64,000 bases of DNA from NCBI GenBank assembly GCA_003427395.1, contig BFEA01000041.1, positions 270,934-334,933 of the forward strand, given 5' to 3'. This document shows, in pieces, positions 24,356 through 37,659 of the stretch. The notes under the pieces were generated by a model that searched no databases, was not told the origin of the DNA, and saw only the letters and a list, made by a program, of their open reading frames with translations. Source of the DNA: Chara braunii. Lineage: Eukaryota > Plantae > Charophyceae. The translations under genes and the position numbers were made by a program. How positions within the stretch are numbered: the stretch's first letter is position 1; each line of letters begins with the position of its first letter.

Positions 24356-26364
24356 GGGGCTCGTTCGACACTCCTCGGGTCGTCCTCGGGGCCCGAGGAA
24401 ATTTTCCCATCGCCGCCTGAGGAAATTCACACCAACGTTCCACTCATCCTCAGAATGGTTTCCCGAGGACGATTCCTCGGGGGCTTCCGCGGCCAGTTTC
24501 ATATGTCGACAAGCGGACGCGCTGGGGGGGCGAGGTTGGTCCTGCGAGGTGTGTCCGTGCCGACGTCGTTGGTCCAGCTCGGGTGGGCGTCGCGAATTCG
24601 AAAGTCGGCGACGTTCAAAAAAAACATGGCATTGGAAAAGGCGCGCAGTCCCAGATTCGCTGGCAAGCGAGTGACGGCGGCGTGGGCGTCCCTTGCGGCT
24701 GACGGCCGCAACGTTCCTCGGCGGCAGCATTTGGGTACGGGGTGGCGGCTGCGTGTCGGCGGGCAGGCGCCTTCGTCTTCCCGCCCCTGCCTCCCATGCT
24801 GTCTTGCCTGAACGGTGATACATAGCCTTCGTCCTCCTCCCCACCTTCTCTGTAGTCGTCGTCGTCGTGAACGACCGCGTCCAGAACTTGTGCCTCCTTT
24901 TCGTTTTCCTGCTGCCCCACACGCAGTCGCTGCACCCCCTGAGTTATGGATTCTTCACGCCCCGAACGGAGCCCCCGTGGGTGTTCTGCCCACACCTCCC
25001 TCCCGTCCCGGTCGTCACCAATATCGGGAAGCCAGAATCCGTCTCCCCGCATTGGCCACGACGGCGGGCTGCACTCGAACCGGCGGGCAGGGGAGATGGA
25101 GACTGCATCCACTGGGGGCGAGCGGAGGCACCCCTCGACACACACGGCGGCCGGAATTGCTGCCTTGGAGGATCCCTGTTGCTCCCCGACGCCTCCCAAA
25201 CCGGCGCTGGAGACTTTGATGACCGCACAACCGCCGTCACTTGCCCGCCGTCGTCGTCGGGGTGGGGATTAACGACGACCGTTCGCGAGGTGGCCGACGA
25301 CCTCCCGCTACACAGGCCGAACGACAGATTCACGCTGCCATCGCCTTCGTCACCGCTGAGCCCCTGCTGGAGGAGTTCGGTGTGCGACTGCCGATACGCG
25401 CCGTTGCGGCTTCCACACAGCTCTATAGCCGCCCACTCCTGGGTGGAACCGCTTCCCAGCGGCACGGTCCGTGACCGTCTCTCATCCGCCTCCTCATCGG
25501 ATGTATCCAGCAGAGGTTGCAAGTGCGGTGGTAGGTGCGCGTACCCAGACTGCTCAGACGGCCTTGAATGACTCGACGGGCTTTGCCCAGCCCGCTGGCC
25601 ACCACCCTGCTCCCCTCCAGAGCTGCAGATCGCCTGGCGCCCCTCCATCTTGACGTCCTTCTTCAAAGACCGTCTTCTGCGTGCACGTCGCGGAACGCCA
25701 CTGAGGATGCACACGTGGAAGACAACTACAACGATGAGCAAGAGGACGACCAGCACCAGCAGCGGAAGCCTCCGAAAGACGTCGACCATGAAAGGCACAT
25801 GGACGACGGTAGCAGATAGAAGACAACGGTGGACGTCCAGGAAACAGCGAGGAACAGTGCTGCAAACGGCCGATCGCAGTTAGCCACAAACAAAGGGAAA
25901 CATATTCCATCGCGGAAGACACTGCGCAATCAGGACAGCGGAGTGTTCGAATCTGCCAACCGTTGGACGCCTTCCCACTCAGGGCCAAGGGCACCGACGA
26001 AACAGCCCCTTCTCGACGTCTCGGAAGCCAGCAGGCCGCCAACGGTGACCATTGGCGGACAATTCCATGATGCTGAACGTTGCTGACTGAAGATGTCCAT
26101 CGACAGGCCTCCAGGAACAGAATGGACCAGCTGAGTTCGAGAATTGTCGTCGAGAGGGCCGCCGTCGACGCCCCGATTCTTCCGGATGCTCGACCTCCGA
26201 GGGACCTCGGGAGGTCCCTTGGGGAAAGCGTCGAAATGGCTGTAGCCCGAGGAATCCCCAAGGAAATGTTTTCACGTTTTTTTTTCCAATTTCTTCCCCG
26301 AGGATAAGTGGAACGATGAATTCCTCGGGGGATTTACGCGCCCAAGGAGCGTCTAATGAGCCCC
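24356..26364. mobile_element. Non-autonomous PIF/Harbinger-type DNA transposon
   Basis: TIRs GGGGCTCGTTCGACACTCCTCGGG / CCCAAGGAGCGTCTAATGAGCCCC; 3-bp TAG duplication (24353-24355, 26365-26367); many subterminal CCGAGG/CCTCGG motifs; GC-rich interior; no DDE transposase visible. Confidence 0.75.
24944..25648 (-). pseudogene. Fragment of transposon-borne low-complexity ORF (possibly the N-terminus of a Harbinger Myb/SANT-type accessory protein)
   Basis: MEGRQ...GYAHLPPHLQPLLDTSDEE...VNLSFGLCSG inside the TIR element. The Myb domain itself is not present, so the assignment is inference. Confidence 0.4.
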
Positions 26365-27036
26365 TAGGCCTGGGGGGTTGCCCGGCCTTGGTGCTTGTCA
26401 CTGCTGTCTGGTCCAAGTTGCCCTCTATACTGGTAGGGTGATGGTCCTGAGTGTCGGTCACACTGAGGAAGGGTAGTAGGGATTTGNNNNNNNNNNNNNN
26501 NNNNNNNNNNNNNNNNNNNNNNNNNNNNNNNNNNNNNNNNNNNNNNNNNNNNNNNNNNNNNNNNNNNNNNNNNNNNNNNNNNNNNNNNNNNNNNNNNNNN
26601 NNNNNNNNNNNNNNNNNNNNNNNNNNNNNNNNNNNNNNNNNNNNNNNNNNNNNNNNNNNNNNNNNNNNNNNNNNNNNNNNNNNNNNNNNNNNNNNNNNNN
26701 NNNNNNNNNNNNNNNNNNNNNNNNNNNNNNNNNNNNNNNNNNNNNNNNNNNNNNNNNNNNNNNNNNNNNNNNNNNNNNNNNNNNNNNNNNNNNNNNNNNN
26801 NNNNNNNNNNNNNNNNNNNNNNNNNNNNNNNNNNNNNNNNNNNNNNNNNNNNNNNNNNNNNNNNNNNNNNNNNNNNNNNNNNNNNNNNNNNNNNNNNNNN
26901 NNNNNNNNNNNNNNNNNNNNNNNNNNNNNNNNNNNNNNNNNNNNNNNNNNNNNNNNNNNNNNNNNNNNNNNNNNNNNNNNNNNNNNNNNNNNNNNNNNNN
27001 NNNNNNNNNNNNNNNNNNNNNNNNNNNNNNNNNNNN

Positions 27037-28516
27037 AAAAACGCCCTCGCCAGTGTTAGTGCTGCTGATAAGAGCAGACACCACTAACACCAAGAGGGAG
27101 GCTCCATCTATTGGTGGGGAGCATCACCTGCTGGAAAACGGGTCCAGCGTCCCATGTACAGAATTGAGAGTGTCCAAGAACAATGAGAATGGTGACTGTG
27201 AGGGCTGCCAGCATTGATTGCCCTGCTCTTCAGGAGATTGACTGAGCAGCCCTTTTTTGGGAGGGACGCCAAAGTGCTGGAAACCGGGTCCAGCGTCCCA
27301 TATCCACTTTATGCTGCCCTCCTATCCTGCAGCAGGGTCGGGTATTGGGGGGAGGGCCACCGAGGGGCCACCGGTGGGAGTCTCCCTCCATCCCCTAGCC
27401 TCTGACATCCTCCCCCTATCCTCAAGGCGCCCATCCTTTTGAGACATACCGAAAATTACTGAGGAATACTGAAGCTTTCTGAGTAATGTATGAGCTTGAG
27501 GCATACCGAAGAATACAGAAGAATACTAAAGACGATTAAGGATTGCTGAGTGTTGTGTGGGGTGCTGAGAAGCGGGCCCATCTGTACAGAACCGCACCCT
27601 CCACCTACTATCTTCATGGGTTACCTGGGATACCTATCCGTGGTTCCTCTAGGGCCGCCGACAGGGGATCGTCCCGCCTAGCGCAGATCCAGAGAGAAGG
27701 GGTGGGGCGGGAACGGATTCGGGAAGTCCTCCGCCGGTCTCAAGGGTACGCTGCAGTCGATGGACAGCCAGTCACCGTCCTTTCTCCTCGTCCATCGTCT
27801 TTGTCGTCTTTGTCCTCCTCACCCTTTCCGTCCCCTGACCAGCTCACCTCTGCTACACATCCCTCTCTCTCACCTCCCAGCCATTCCCTCGAAAACTGTC
27901 CGATCCTCTCCCCGATGTCCTTTGCACTGTGGAGGGTGTCGAGGGTGAGCTTGGCAGATTTCCATCTGTACTCAAGTTCCATCTGTATGTGGTGTTTGAA
28001 CTGCTCGATCCTTTCCTCGCCTCGACACGTACCTGGTCAAACACCAAGGCACAGCGTTGCCACCATAAGACCCATAAAACCGTTCGTCTGCCCACTTGGA
28101 ACATGTTCCAAGTAAAGTCGTTTCCTTGGAAGGGTGGGTAGTATCCCAAGAGAGTGGCCCGCCAATCCCATGGCCACTGCTGTCCTGGAACAATGTGCTG
28201 CCACACTCTGTCCCACCATCTCCATGTTAGAACCGCTGACGGGGATTGCAAAAAGATATGTTCGATTGTTTCTGCTCTCTTCTTTGTTGGATAGCCTGAC
28301 AAGCAGCGTGGGCACCATGGCAGAGCCCGGCCCTGCTGTTCCACGTGCGTATGGTCAATGAGCCAGTCATTGGTTGGTAAGCATCGGTGCCGTATCTGCC
28401 ATTGGAGGGACGTGATCTTCGCAGGTCGGCCCTTGGTGTCGCCAAACCAATGAATTGGTGTGAGGAGCCGTCTGTCCACATTAAGGTGCCTATGCCATCT
28501 GTCAATCACGACGTCC
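27037..28516 (-). mobile_element. 5'-truncated L1/Tx1 LINE 3' end
   Basis: ORF 27853-28509 has SLQWQIRHRCLPT..WCPRC...ETIEHIFLQS. Solo hairpin 27275-27299, tail motif 27101-27153, terminal hairpin 27053-27090. Confidence 0.85.
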
Positions 28517-30399
28517 TTCAGGCAGCGCTTGATGTCATCGTTTGAGTTTCAGAATGTGCAAGTTTAGCGAGGGTTTGAAACTGTGGCCGTTTTTTTGAAG
28601 TGGCGGAAATGCAGATTTCGCAACGACTTTTTTTGCCCTGTTTTTTTTTTTTTTTAACTGCTAATTTAAGTTGCATAGTCTTCCAAACGCTAGGTGTGAC
28701 CCAGGAGCCCTTGCCCTTTTTTTTCCCTTCAAGGCTGGGCCTAGTGCCACCCACACCATGTGACACTTTTTTTTCCTACTGGTCCTTCGGACGCTTTATC
28801 CCGAGCTTCCAAATTTTAGGAGAAGCTCAATCGAATTCTCAACTTGGCTGAGGCAATGTACTGGCGGTTTAAACCACCAGTACATGGCCCCAGGACACGC
28901 GGTTAAGGGAAAGCCCAAAATTCGGGGTTTTTCGCTGCATCACTACAAGTTCGAAGTTCGCCAAAACGTTTCCCGAATTCGGTGTTTTTGCCAACTTTTT
29001 CGTTACTCATCCAAATACGTCGAAACTGAATACAGATATACCCTAAAGCTTATACATATCAGACAAAAAAACAAAACAAAAAAATAGCAAAAATTCAGGG
29101 AAATATGGAAGTTTCGGTGAAAAATTCGCCGAAAATGACACCACCTATTAACCACGAGTGGGCCCCAGGCAATTGGAGAACCTGTTTTGAGCCTCTTGAA
29201 AAATTTAGGAGGCCGAGCGCCGTAGATAAAACGAATCGGCCGTGGGTGGCCTCCGAAAGGGGCCTGCGGTCGATAGCTATAACACGTACTGGTGCTTTAA
29301 GAGCTCAACTATGTCCAAAGACTCCCAACAAACATATCAACCCGAATTTCGCTACGTCCGAACAACCTATACACCTGAGTTTGGCTATAGCCAAACTAGC
29401 CTATAAACCCACATCCAAACAAAACAATCACCCCCCCCACATTCAGTTAGATCCAAGCATTTGTTTGCTTTTTTGTCGGAGCTGGTTAGGGTTTATGGAT
29501 TGACCACCAACATCCGCACCCCTCTACCAGATCCTGTGGCCTTGCAAAGCGAGGGGATGCACTTTCTTTGGATGCCTGCCTGCGGCTGCTCTAGAGGTTT
29601 AACCTGGGGCCAGCCAACTATGGATATACCTCAAAGGTGATGGCGCCAACCCTTCAAAAGCGAGGGGGAAAAAAAATATGCATCTGGCTGTCCTCAGGTT
29701 GAAGGTACATTTTTTTGAAGGAGGATAACTCTTTGTTTTAGGGTCATTTGGTTTTAACTTGTGGTACATGATTAGGAGTATCCAGCGTCCCTTCGATACA
29801 GCGAAGGATTGAAGCCAGGGGCGCAGCGCTACCGAGAGCGCTGCGCCCCGACAACATCCAATCAAGGTCACCACCACGGAGAGGAGCCGCGCGCGCCTGA
29901 TAATTGCACGCAGCAAGGAAAATAGAGCGCGCGCTCGACGATTGCGTGCGATTGGGCACGCGCCCTGAGCTGAAATTTGGACCACCAGTGGTCTACGCTG
30001 AGGAGCTGAGGTGGTCCAAATTTCAGACCAAACGGTCCAGCGGAGCATGAGATATCGAAGTTTTAGGGCGCGCCATGAAATTCGAGCGCGTCGGGAGATG
30101 AGGACGACGGGGGGATGGAATGGCATCTAAGCCTTCAACCTCAACACCTGCTGTTTCCTGACTTTTGAAAGCAGGACTACTGCCATCTCTCTACTTTGCG
30201 CTTCAAATGAGTGATGCTACAGGATAGCATGCCGGATGAAGGAGGGTACTGCTTATTTGGGCTTCTTCATCTTGCGACTTTAGGTGGAGGAGGTCGGCTC
30301 GGCGCGAGAAGAAGAAGAGTACAGTGTGTCCCGTGGAGTGGGAGGAGGATTGTCAGGGGATAGTGAGTGGGAGGGCTTCGAGGAGAGAATCCATTTCGT

Positions 30400-30832
30400 C
30401 AAGTGCTCATCATCATCAGTAACGAGATTAGTCATCACCGTTGCCATCATCAACAACATCATCATCACCATCATCTTCATGTTCAACATCGAGGTGGAAA
30501 GAACGTGGCAGCGGGAATGCCGGGCAACAGAAGGACAGAGAGGAGCAGCAACATCAACATCAGCATTATCAGCAGCAGTAGCAGCATTTCTGACATCATC
30601 ATCATCATTATGTGAATCTTTATTGGTGAGTCATCATTATCTTCATCATCAGCTTCGTCATCATCATCATAATCATCATCATCATCATCATCAGTATCAT
30701 CATCATCAACATCATCATCATCATCATCATTATCTTCATCATCATCGTCAGCATAACTGACATATCATCATCATCATCATCATCATCATCAATATGAGCA
30801 TCTTCATTGGTGCGTCATCATCATATTAATCT

Positions 30833-30885
<53 letters not shown>

Positions 30886-31031
30886 TTCATCATCATCATC
30901 ATCATCATCATCANCAGNAGCAGCAGCAGCANNATTGATATCATCATAATCATCATCATGAGTATCATCATTGGTTAATCTTCATCATCATCATCATCAT
31001 CATCGTCATCATCATCATCATCATCATCTTT

Positions 31032-31067
<36 letters not shown>

Positions 31068-31150
31068 TTTATCGATATCTTTTTGTTATCAGTAGATTTT
31101 ACTTTTCAAGGCTTCATGTAGCTTTTCGTATCATCATCATCATTTCCGTT
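30400..31150. repeat. Degenerate (CAT)n/(CAG)n low-complexity tract
   Basis: Direct; the poly-His ORFs are a by-product. Confidence 0.95.
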
Positions 31151-31399
31151 ATCATTATCTTCAGGGCGCTATCCTTCGCCTCCAACAAAATCCAAGTGGA
31201 ATGACAATTTGGTGAGGGGGTAGGGGAGAGCCCGGCCCCGCAGGGGTTTCATTAGGAGGGAGGTGGAATCCTGGAGGGGGTATGAGCAGATTGTGAGGAA
31301 TACTATTTTCTGGGGCTGGGCATCAAATCCCAGCGGGGGCAGATTAGACTAAAGGGATAAATAAGGTAATGGAGAAAATGGAGGTGTGCTGAAATTCTC

Positions 31400-32270
31400 G
31401 GCTATCATTATCTGATTATTGGTATATTAAGCTTTTTGGTGTTCTGAAATTCTGGCTGCATCTCGTATTCTTCCACATCCGGGATATAGGTCTTTAGAGA
31501 TGGTTGAACCTGGTCTGATATTTTCTGAGTTGCTCTGTTTTGTGCCCTTGGTTTGCCGATGCCAGAACGACGCTAGCCGGAGCTGGGGCGTTGCCCTGTA
31601 ACCTGTAAATAGCAGGAGTGTGAGGCCTTGTAGAGAGATCTGGGGTTTGCTGAGGGTGGAAGGCATTCCAGTGGTGAACCGGGGGGGGCTGAAAGGAGGC
31701 GAGAAGAAATCAGCTATGGTTGATGTTGGTCAGGTTGTTTCTGTCTCTGTAGTATAGTGTCCTGGTATAGGGAGGGCTAGGAGTTGTACTGGGATTAGGA
31801 GCCCAGAATAGCTGATATATCATCATCATCATCATCACACCATTAGTTTCATCATCTGATTATTGTTATATTAAGCTTTTTTGTGTTCTAAAGTTTTTGG
31901 CAGCATCTAGCATTCTTCCACATTCGAGATATAGGACTTCAGAGATGGTTGAACCTGGAATGATTTCAACTGAGTTGCTCTGTTCTGAGCCCTTGGTTTG
32001 CTGATGCCAGAACGACGTTGGTTGGAGCTGGGGCGTTGCCCTGTAACTTGTTAATAGCAGGAGCGTGAGGCCTTGTAGAGAGATCTGAGGTTTGCTGAGG
32101 GTGGAAGGCAGTCTAGTAGTGAACCAGGGGGGGCTGAAATGAAGCAAGAAGAGATCAGCTATGGTTGACAATTAGTTAGGTTGGTTTTGTCTTTGAGGTA
32201 CAGTGTCCTGATATAGGGAGGGCTGGGAGTTGTTCTAGGATTAGGAGGCCAGAATAACTGATATAGCATA
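31400..32270 (-). repeat. Two tandem ~445-bp copies of a repeat also present at 1100-1360
   Basis: GCCAGAACGACG..GGAGCTGGGGCGTTGCCCTGTAAC at ~31561 and ~32007, with a close variant at ~1218. Confidence 0.8.
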
Positions 32271-32371
32271 TTTTTCTTTAATTTTTCATATTTTGAATCA
32301 TCATTCTCATTAACATCATTATCTAGGATATCATGGTCATCATTAGCGGTTTTCGTATGTTCATTCCGGGC

Positions 32372-32469
32372 AGACTGTGAGGACCCCGGCCTCAATCTTG
32401 TTATTGATAATATCAGCCTTGGGCACTAGGCCCGTTTTAAGAAAAAAAAAAAAAACAAAAAAAAAAAAA
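32372..32469 (+). mobile_element. Short poly(A)-tailed retro-fragment (variant tail family)
   Basis: AGACTGTGAGGACCCCGGCCTCAA...TGATAATATCAGCCTTGGGCACTAGGCCCGTTTT plus A-tail; inverted homolog at 33785-33925. Confidence 0.7.
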
Positions 32470-32744
32470 GGTTTTAACTTGTGGACTGTTGAAAGCCTCA
32501 AAGGCATTCTGGATGGGGCATGTTGGATTTACCTGCTGTTAAACCACCATCCAAGAGAGCAGTATGTATCAAATCGGATGCAAAAAAAATTCAGCCTGAA
32601 GAAAAAAATCCGATTCAGCGCCTGCAGGTGTTAAAAAAAAAAAAAAAAAAGCTTCAGACCGACTGGTAACTGCAGCAAGGAAAACTAGCCTTGGCAGTGG
32701 CAATAACACCGGAAGCGGTGAGAGATGAGGAACTCTCCTTGAAG

Positions 32745-33190
32745 GTGACAACAACATCGGAATATAGGAGGACGAACACGTCGACTGCGGGAAGTGAAGA
32801 GTACGAGAAACTCTACTTGAAATTGCCAGCAACATCGGAATACATGAGGACGAACACGTCGAGTGCGAAGAGTGAAGAGTACGATCCAGGGTTCATCGTA
32901 CTGGCGATTGGGAAGTAAGTAGAGACAACGGCCACGACAACTGCAGGGAGTGAAGAGTATGATCCAGGGTTCAGCGTACTGGCGATTGGGAAGAAAGAAG
33001 AAGTTGACAACAACATCGGAATACATGAGGACGGACACGTCGACTTCGGAGAGTGAAGAGTACGATCCAGGGTGCAGCGTGCTGGCGATTGGGAAGTAAG
33101 TAGAGACGACGGCTGCGTCGACTGCAGGGAGTGAAGAGTACGATCCAGGGTTTGGCGTACTGGCGATTGGGAAGAAAGTAGAGACGATAC
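32745..33190. repeat. Minisatellite with alternating 78/103-bp spacing
   Basis: GAGTGAAGAGTA(C/T)GATCCAGGG...CTGGCGATTGGGAAG repeated 4 times plus a degenerate lead unit. Confidence 0.85.
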
Positions 33191-33784
33191 CGGACATCCT
33201 AACAACACAAGGGAAAATTTGGAGGTCATCGCAGGGTGAAGGGAGGTAGGTAGTGACGGCGGAGGTAAGACTGTTGTCACTATACTAGGGTTCAGTTCAG
33301 GATATGAAACGAGCGAAGAACTTTCGGTCAACAGTGACACCGTTCATAATGGAGTATCTCACAGGATCAGAATCAAGACTACCAAGACTACTGTCACTAC
33401 ATTTGGGGACAGATCTACGCATGTAATGAGCGAAGGAAACTAAGGTTAAATTTGACATCGATTACAACGGATTATGGGGTAATACAAAGCACGATAATGA
33501 CCTTGGATCTGGACGAGATAGTGGAGAGTAGAGACTCTGTTAACAAACACTGAAGGTTACAGATTGTATGAAAGCGATAGCATGGGAACATAATCAAGAC
33601 AGCCAGGAGGAGAAAGAAAGGAAGCGCAAGCATCTGCGGTTTGCACTCCCGAAATTCTCATGTTTGTCCCCCTGCATCTTCCCTTACCCGTCCACTGATT
33701 GACCGATCTCTGACATTGCACCCCTGAAATCCTCATGTTTATCCCACCGCATCTTCCCTTCCCCGCCTACAGGGTGACTGAACC

Positions 33785-33925
33785 TTTTTTTTTTTTTTTT
33801 TTTTTTTTTTAAACGGGCCTTGTGCCCAAGGCTGATATTATCAACAAGAAGCTTGAGGCCGGGGTCCTCACAGTCTACGTGGAGTGACCGAACCGATCAT
33901 TCTGAGAACCGGGATCAACGTCCCT
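33785..33925 (-). mobile_element. Short poly(A)-tailed retro-fragment (variant tail family)
   Basis: Reverse complement of the 32372 element; begins with a GGGACGTTGATCCCGGTTCTCAG hairpin variant. Confidence 0.7.
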
Positions 33926-33997
33926 TGTATGATGATGATGATGATGATGACGATATGATGATGACGATATGATGATGATGATGATGATGATAATGAC

Positions 33998-34040
<43 letters not shown>

Positions 34041-35739
34041 AGTAAGAAAACATATAGAAGACTATGCTATATCGGTAATCCTGGCCTCCTTTTAAGATCA
34101 CTCAACACCTCCTGAAATCCACCGCAGTTTTTCCAAACACTCGAGCTTCTAAGGGATTTCCAACAGAGTGTGACTGAACCCTAACCCTTGTGAAACCAAT
34201 CCTTAACCCTTGTTGTTCATCCGCCTAACATTTGCATCTGCGTCAACCAAAATTTTACAAGAATGGGGGAATGACTTAAAAATAATCCCTCCCTAGCACA
34301 CAACTAAAAAAACAATAAACGTGGGGCAACGGCGATAGTGTGCAATAACACCTCCCCAGCGCCAAACCAACCTCCGCCTGTACCCAAACAAGGGGTCACA
34401 GGGCCAGGCCCTATGGCACATGTGCAGCTTAATTCCGAACATAGTAAAATATGTGAGGGAAAGGATGACTTGCCTGGAGATGGTGCTGGTCACACGACTG
34501 AGACACAAAAGAAAGAAACATGGAGAGATAAGGTGGCACCTGCCAAGGGGGGCAGGGCTACATCGGCGCCATCTTCCTCATGACATGGCACACGCAAACC
34601 GCCACCCCAATTGCTCCGAGCACTCTCAGCGCCAGGTCGGGCTGACCCGGGCAAATCATCCACCCTTGGCTCCATGGCTTCGCTCAAGAGCCACCTTATT
34701 CAACAACTGTACGTTGAACCGGAAAGAAAATTTCAAGTCAAACAAGGTTATATATACCCTCACTCGATCTTCTCACCCCGGGCCCGGTGTCGACCGGTAG
34801 AAGTAGTTTGCCGGCACGTCGACCAGGCTCTATACCATGCGCCGTGCCTGTCACCCACGGGAGGGCCGATCGGGGCTCCTGTAACCTGCAAGAAAACAGT
34901 TAGTCCACATCCACATAAATAGAGACTGGAACCGACCTTTGGACACCACAACGAGTCTCTCACAGTCCGCCGTCTGGAAGAAATAAAAAAATTGTTTTCA
35001 TTTAGTCCCAAATAATGGGATTCATAGCACTACTTCCAGCCGCAGAGGTAAATCCCGGGTCCAGATCAGGAAAATCGGTTTGGGTCCCGACCGATCTCAC
35101 TAATGATCTAGGACGGATTCTCCGCCCAATGGGGTGACGTCGGTAACGTGCTCGCTGATCCCAGGGAATTGTGCTCGAACTCTCAGTGTCCGAGGCGGAA
35201 TCGAGGGCCCATCGTGGCCACTCTTCACGGTCTAGCTTCACCATATGTCATCCTTGCTGCCTGTTCTCCTCAGGAATTTGAACCCCAACGATCAGGCTCT
35301 GCTCTCGGCCAACCGAGTCACCTTGTTCATGTCCTGGACAAAATCATCTCTTCGGCAAGAGTTCGAGTGGCACAAGGACTAAGCCTGCCAGACCCCGTTG
35401 CCCTAGTCCCGATCTGATCTCGTGCCAATGCCCCGACCCGAAGTTCCGGCCCCCGTTGAAGCCCCAGTCTCACCCGAAGTCCCGGTTCTTCCTGAAATTC
35501 GGGTCTCACTTGATGTCCCAGACTTACCCGAGGTCGTTCCCAAAGCCTTTGCCTGGTCTGAGCCGAATCCGCAGGCCCGGTCCGAGTCCAAAATTCTTGT
35601 TCAGCTCGAGTCCTGGGTCCCAATCGGCCTAAGTCCCATGACCCTTGATCAATCTGAGTTTCGTGGCCCCGATCTACCCTGATCCCGTCCAGTTTCCGCA
35701 TTCATGATTTGTCTATCAGCCCCCGAAGTCCTAGTCCAC

Positions 35740-35997
35740 GTGCGAGGTCCCGATCCGCGCTCAAGCTTCAGTCCCAAGGTCCCTGATCATGCACGAGAGC
35801 CTCGATTTCGTGCTCAAGCCTCGGCCCCAAGGTCCCTGTTCATGCATGAAAGCCCCAATTTCGTGCTCAAGACTCGGTCCCAAGGTCCCTGTTCACGCAC
35901 GAAAGCCCCGATTCCGTGCTCAAGCCTCTGTCCCAAGGTCCCGTTTCACGCACGAAAACCCCGATTCCGTGCTCAAGCCTCGGTCCCAAGATCCCTG
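35740..35997. repeat. 53-bp tandem repeat (~5 copies)
   Basis: CCCAAG(G/A)TCCC recurs at ~35773, 35826, 35879, 35932 and 35985. Confidence 0.9.
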
Positions 35998-36099
35998 TCC
36001 CTCTCGAACACCCCGGCCCGCTTCGACGCGTTGTGCGCACACGAGCGGGCGCAAGTGATCGTTGGTGCGTGTATGCGCACTAGTGCGCCTAGTGCTTCT

Positions 36100-36640
36100 T
36101 CCGCCTGCCCTTGTATGCGCGCGTTGGATTCGCAGTCTCCCGATAGTGTGTGTGCATGCATTGGACTCGCAGTCTCCCGATAGTGTGTGTGCGCGCGTTA
36201 GACTCACAATCTCCTTTAAGTGTGTGTGTGCACGGGTGGCTGAAGGGCTTGATCCCTATCGCACGGAGTGTGCGTGGCTCTCCCGACTCCGATCCCGACG
36301 CGCGGCTCCTCCCTGCTCTGATCCTGACGTGCGTGGGCTGCGCACGCGTGCACGCTGCTCCTCCCTGCTCTGATCCTAATGTGCCAGGGGTGTGCGCGCG
36401 ACTCTTCCACGCTCCGATCCCGTTTCCTGCTCCGATCCCAATGTGCGCTGGCTGCACGCGCGTGCGCGCGACTCCTCGCTGCTCTGATCCTGATGTGCGC
36501 GGGCTGCGCAAGTGTGCGCGCAACTCCTCCCTGCTCTGATCGTGACGTGCGCGGGCTGCGCGTGCATGCATGCGGCTCTTCCCCGCTCCGATCTCGACGA
36601 AGTGCGCGGGCTGCGCGGGCGTGTGCGCGTCCGTGCACTA
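36100..36640. repeat. Degenerate CpG-rich 45-60 bp tandem repeats
   Basis: CTCCCTGCTCTGATCCTGA..GTGCG and TCGCAGTCTCCCGATAGTGTGTG units recur. Confidence 0.75.
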
Positions 36641-37659
36641 CTGTGCGCCCACCCGATTCGACTGCGCGTGGTGACTGTTCGATGTTGAGCGCCCGTGCGC
36701 CTGACCTCCAGGTCCGTGGCTATGGCCGATCTGCAGGTGCCCGGGCTCAGCTATGACACGTGCGTGCAGACCCGCCTTCTCCCCTTACCTCACACTCGTA
36801 CGTTGCTCTCCCAAGCAGGTCCTCCGCGCTGGTGCGCTCGAGTGTGCAGCTCCTGTCCTGCACTCGCCAGTGCGCATGTCCGGAGTCCCCGAAGTCTCGT
36901 GTTGTGCGCCAGTAAGTATGCATGTCGGAAGTGTCCCGATCCTGGGCCCGGTTCGGTTTTTATACTTTGTCGGGCCCTTTTCGAAGTGTGCCCCAACCCT
37001 CGTATGCTGCAGCGCTGCCGACAAATTGCAGCACCTCGGTACCGTGGCTTCCCTGAGCCTGCGCTCGGGCCTATTTAGGCCCCCGAAGGGTTTTCAGCGA
37101 AGGGAGTCTTTTTGTAGGGTACCGGGCCTTTTGCAGCGCCCTGGTACCAGGCCTCCTTCCGATCCTAGGTCCGGGTCTGTCCTCCCGTGGTCCCCACACG
37201 AAAGGTACCCGCCTCATAGAAATTTGCAGGGCCCGACCTCCGAAATTAATAAGTGGTCCGAGGCCCCTTTTGCTGGCGTTAGGCCCTCGGCCCTTTTTAG
37301 GTCTCTCGTACAACTTAAATGCGGCGGCTCCGAACACGCCTTCTCGATGTTTTTCTTTGGTACTGGCCTCGTGATGAACTTCGGTGTCGCCGCAGCTTAA
37401 CCCATCCGACAAATCGTCTCAAGGTCCGGCGCCCTACATTGTTTCGTCCATTGTCTGACTCTTAGCGTGAGTCCGGCCCTCTCATTCTCGTCCTTCATCT
37501 GGAGCCTTCGATACTTCCTTTGTAGTAGTCATTCTTTGTGTATGGTCATCGATATGCCTCAATGGTGCGCATAAAGGAACACTCACTCAGAATCAAGGCC
37601 CGCTTCCTCTCGACGTCTCGGCCTTGGCACTTGTTGCGTAAACCTGATACTGTATCTTT

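Noticed and set aside
27063-27081. Sense-strand GTGTCTGCTCTTATCAG resembles U2 snRNA GUAUCUGUUCUUAUCAG, the target of some site-specific LINEs
   Set aside because: Only ~17 nt, it lies inside the element's own hairpin upstream of the tail, there is no other U2 sequence, and the match is weaker in other copies; not called as a U2 gene or target site
30284-31204. His-rich ORFs
   Set aside because: Translation of (CAT)n microsatellite
32745-33190. CRISPR-like repeat-spacer pattern
   Set aside because: The intervening sequences are homologous to each other, the context is eukaryotic, and no cas genes are present; a minisatellite
34300-37650. Possible LTR-retrotransposon or host gene fragments
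   Set aside because: No gag/pol motifs, paired LTRs or convincing conserved protein could be identified by eye
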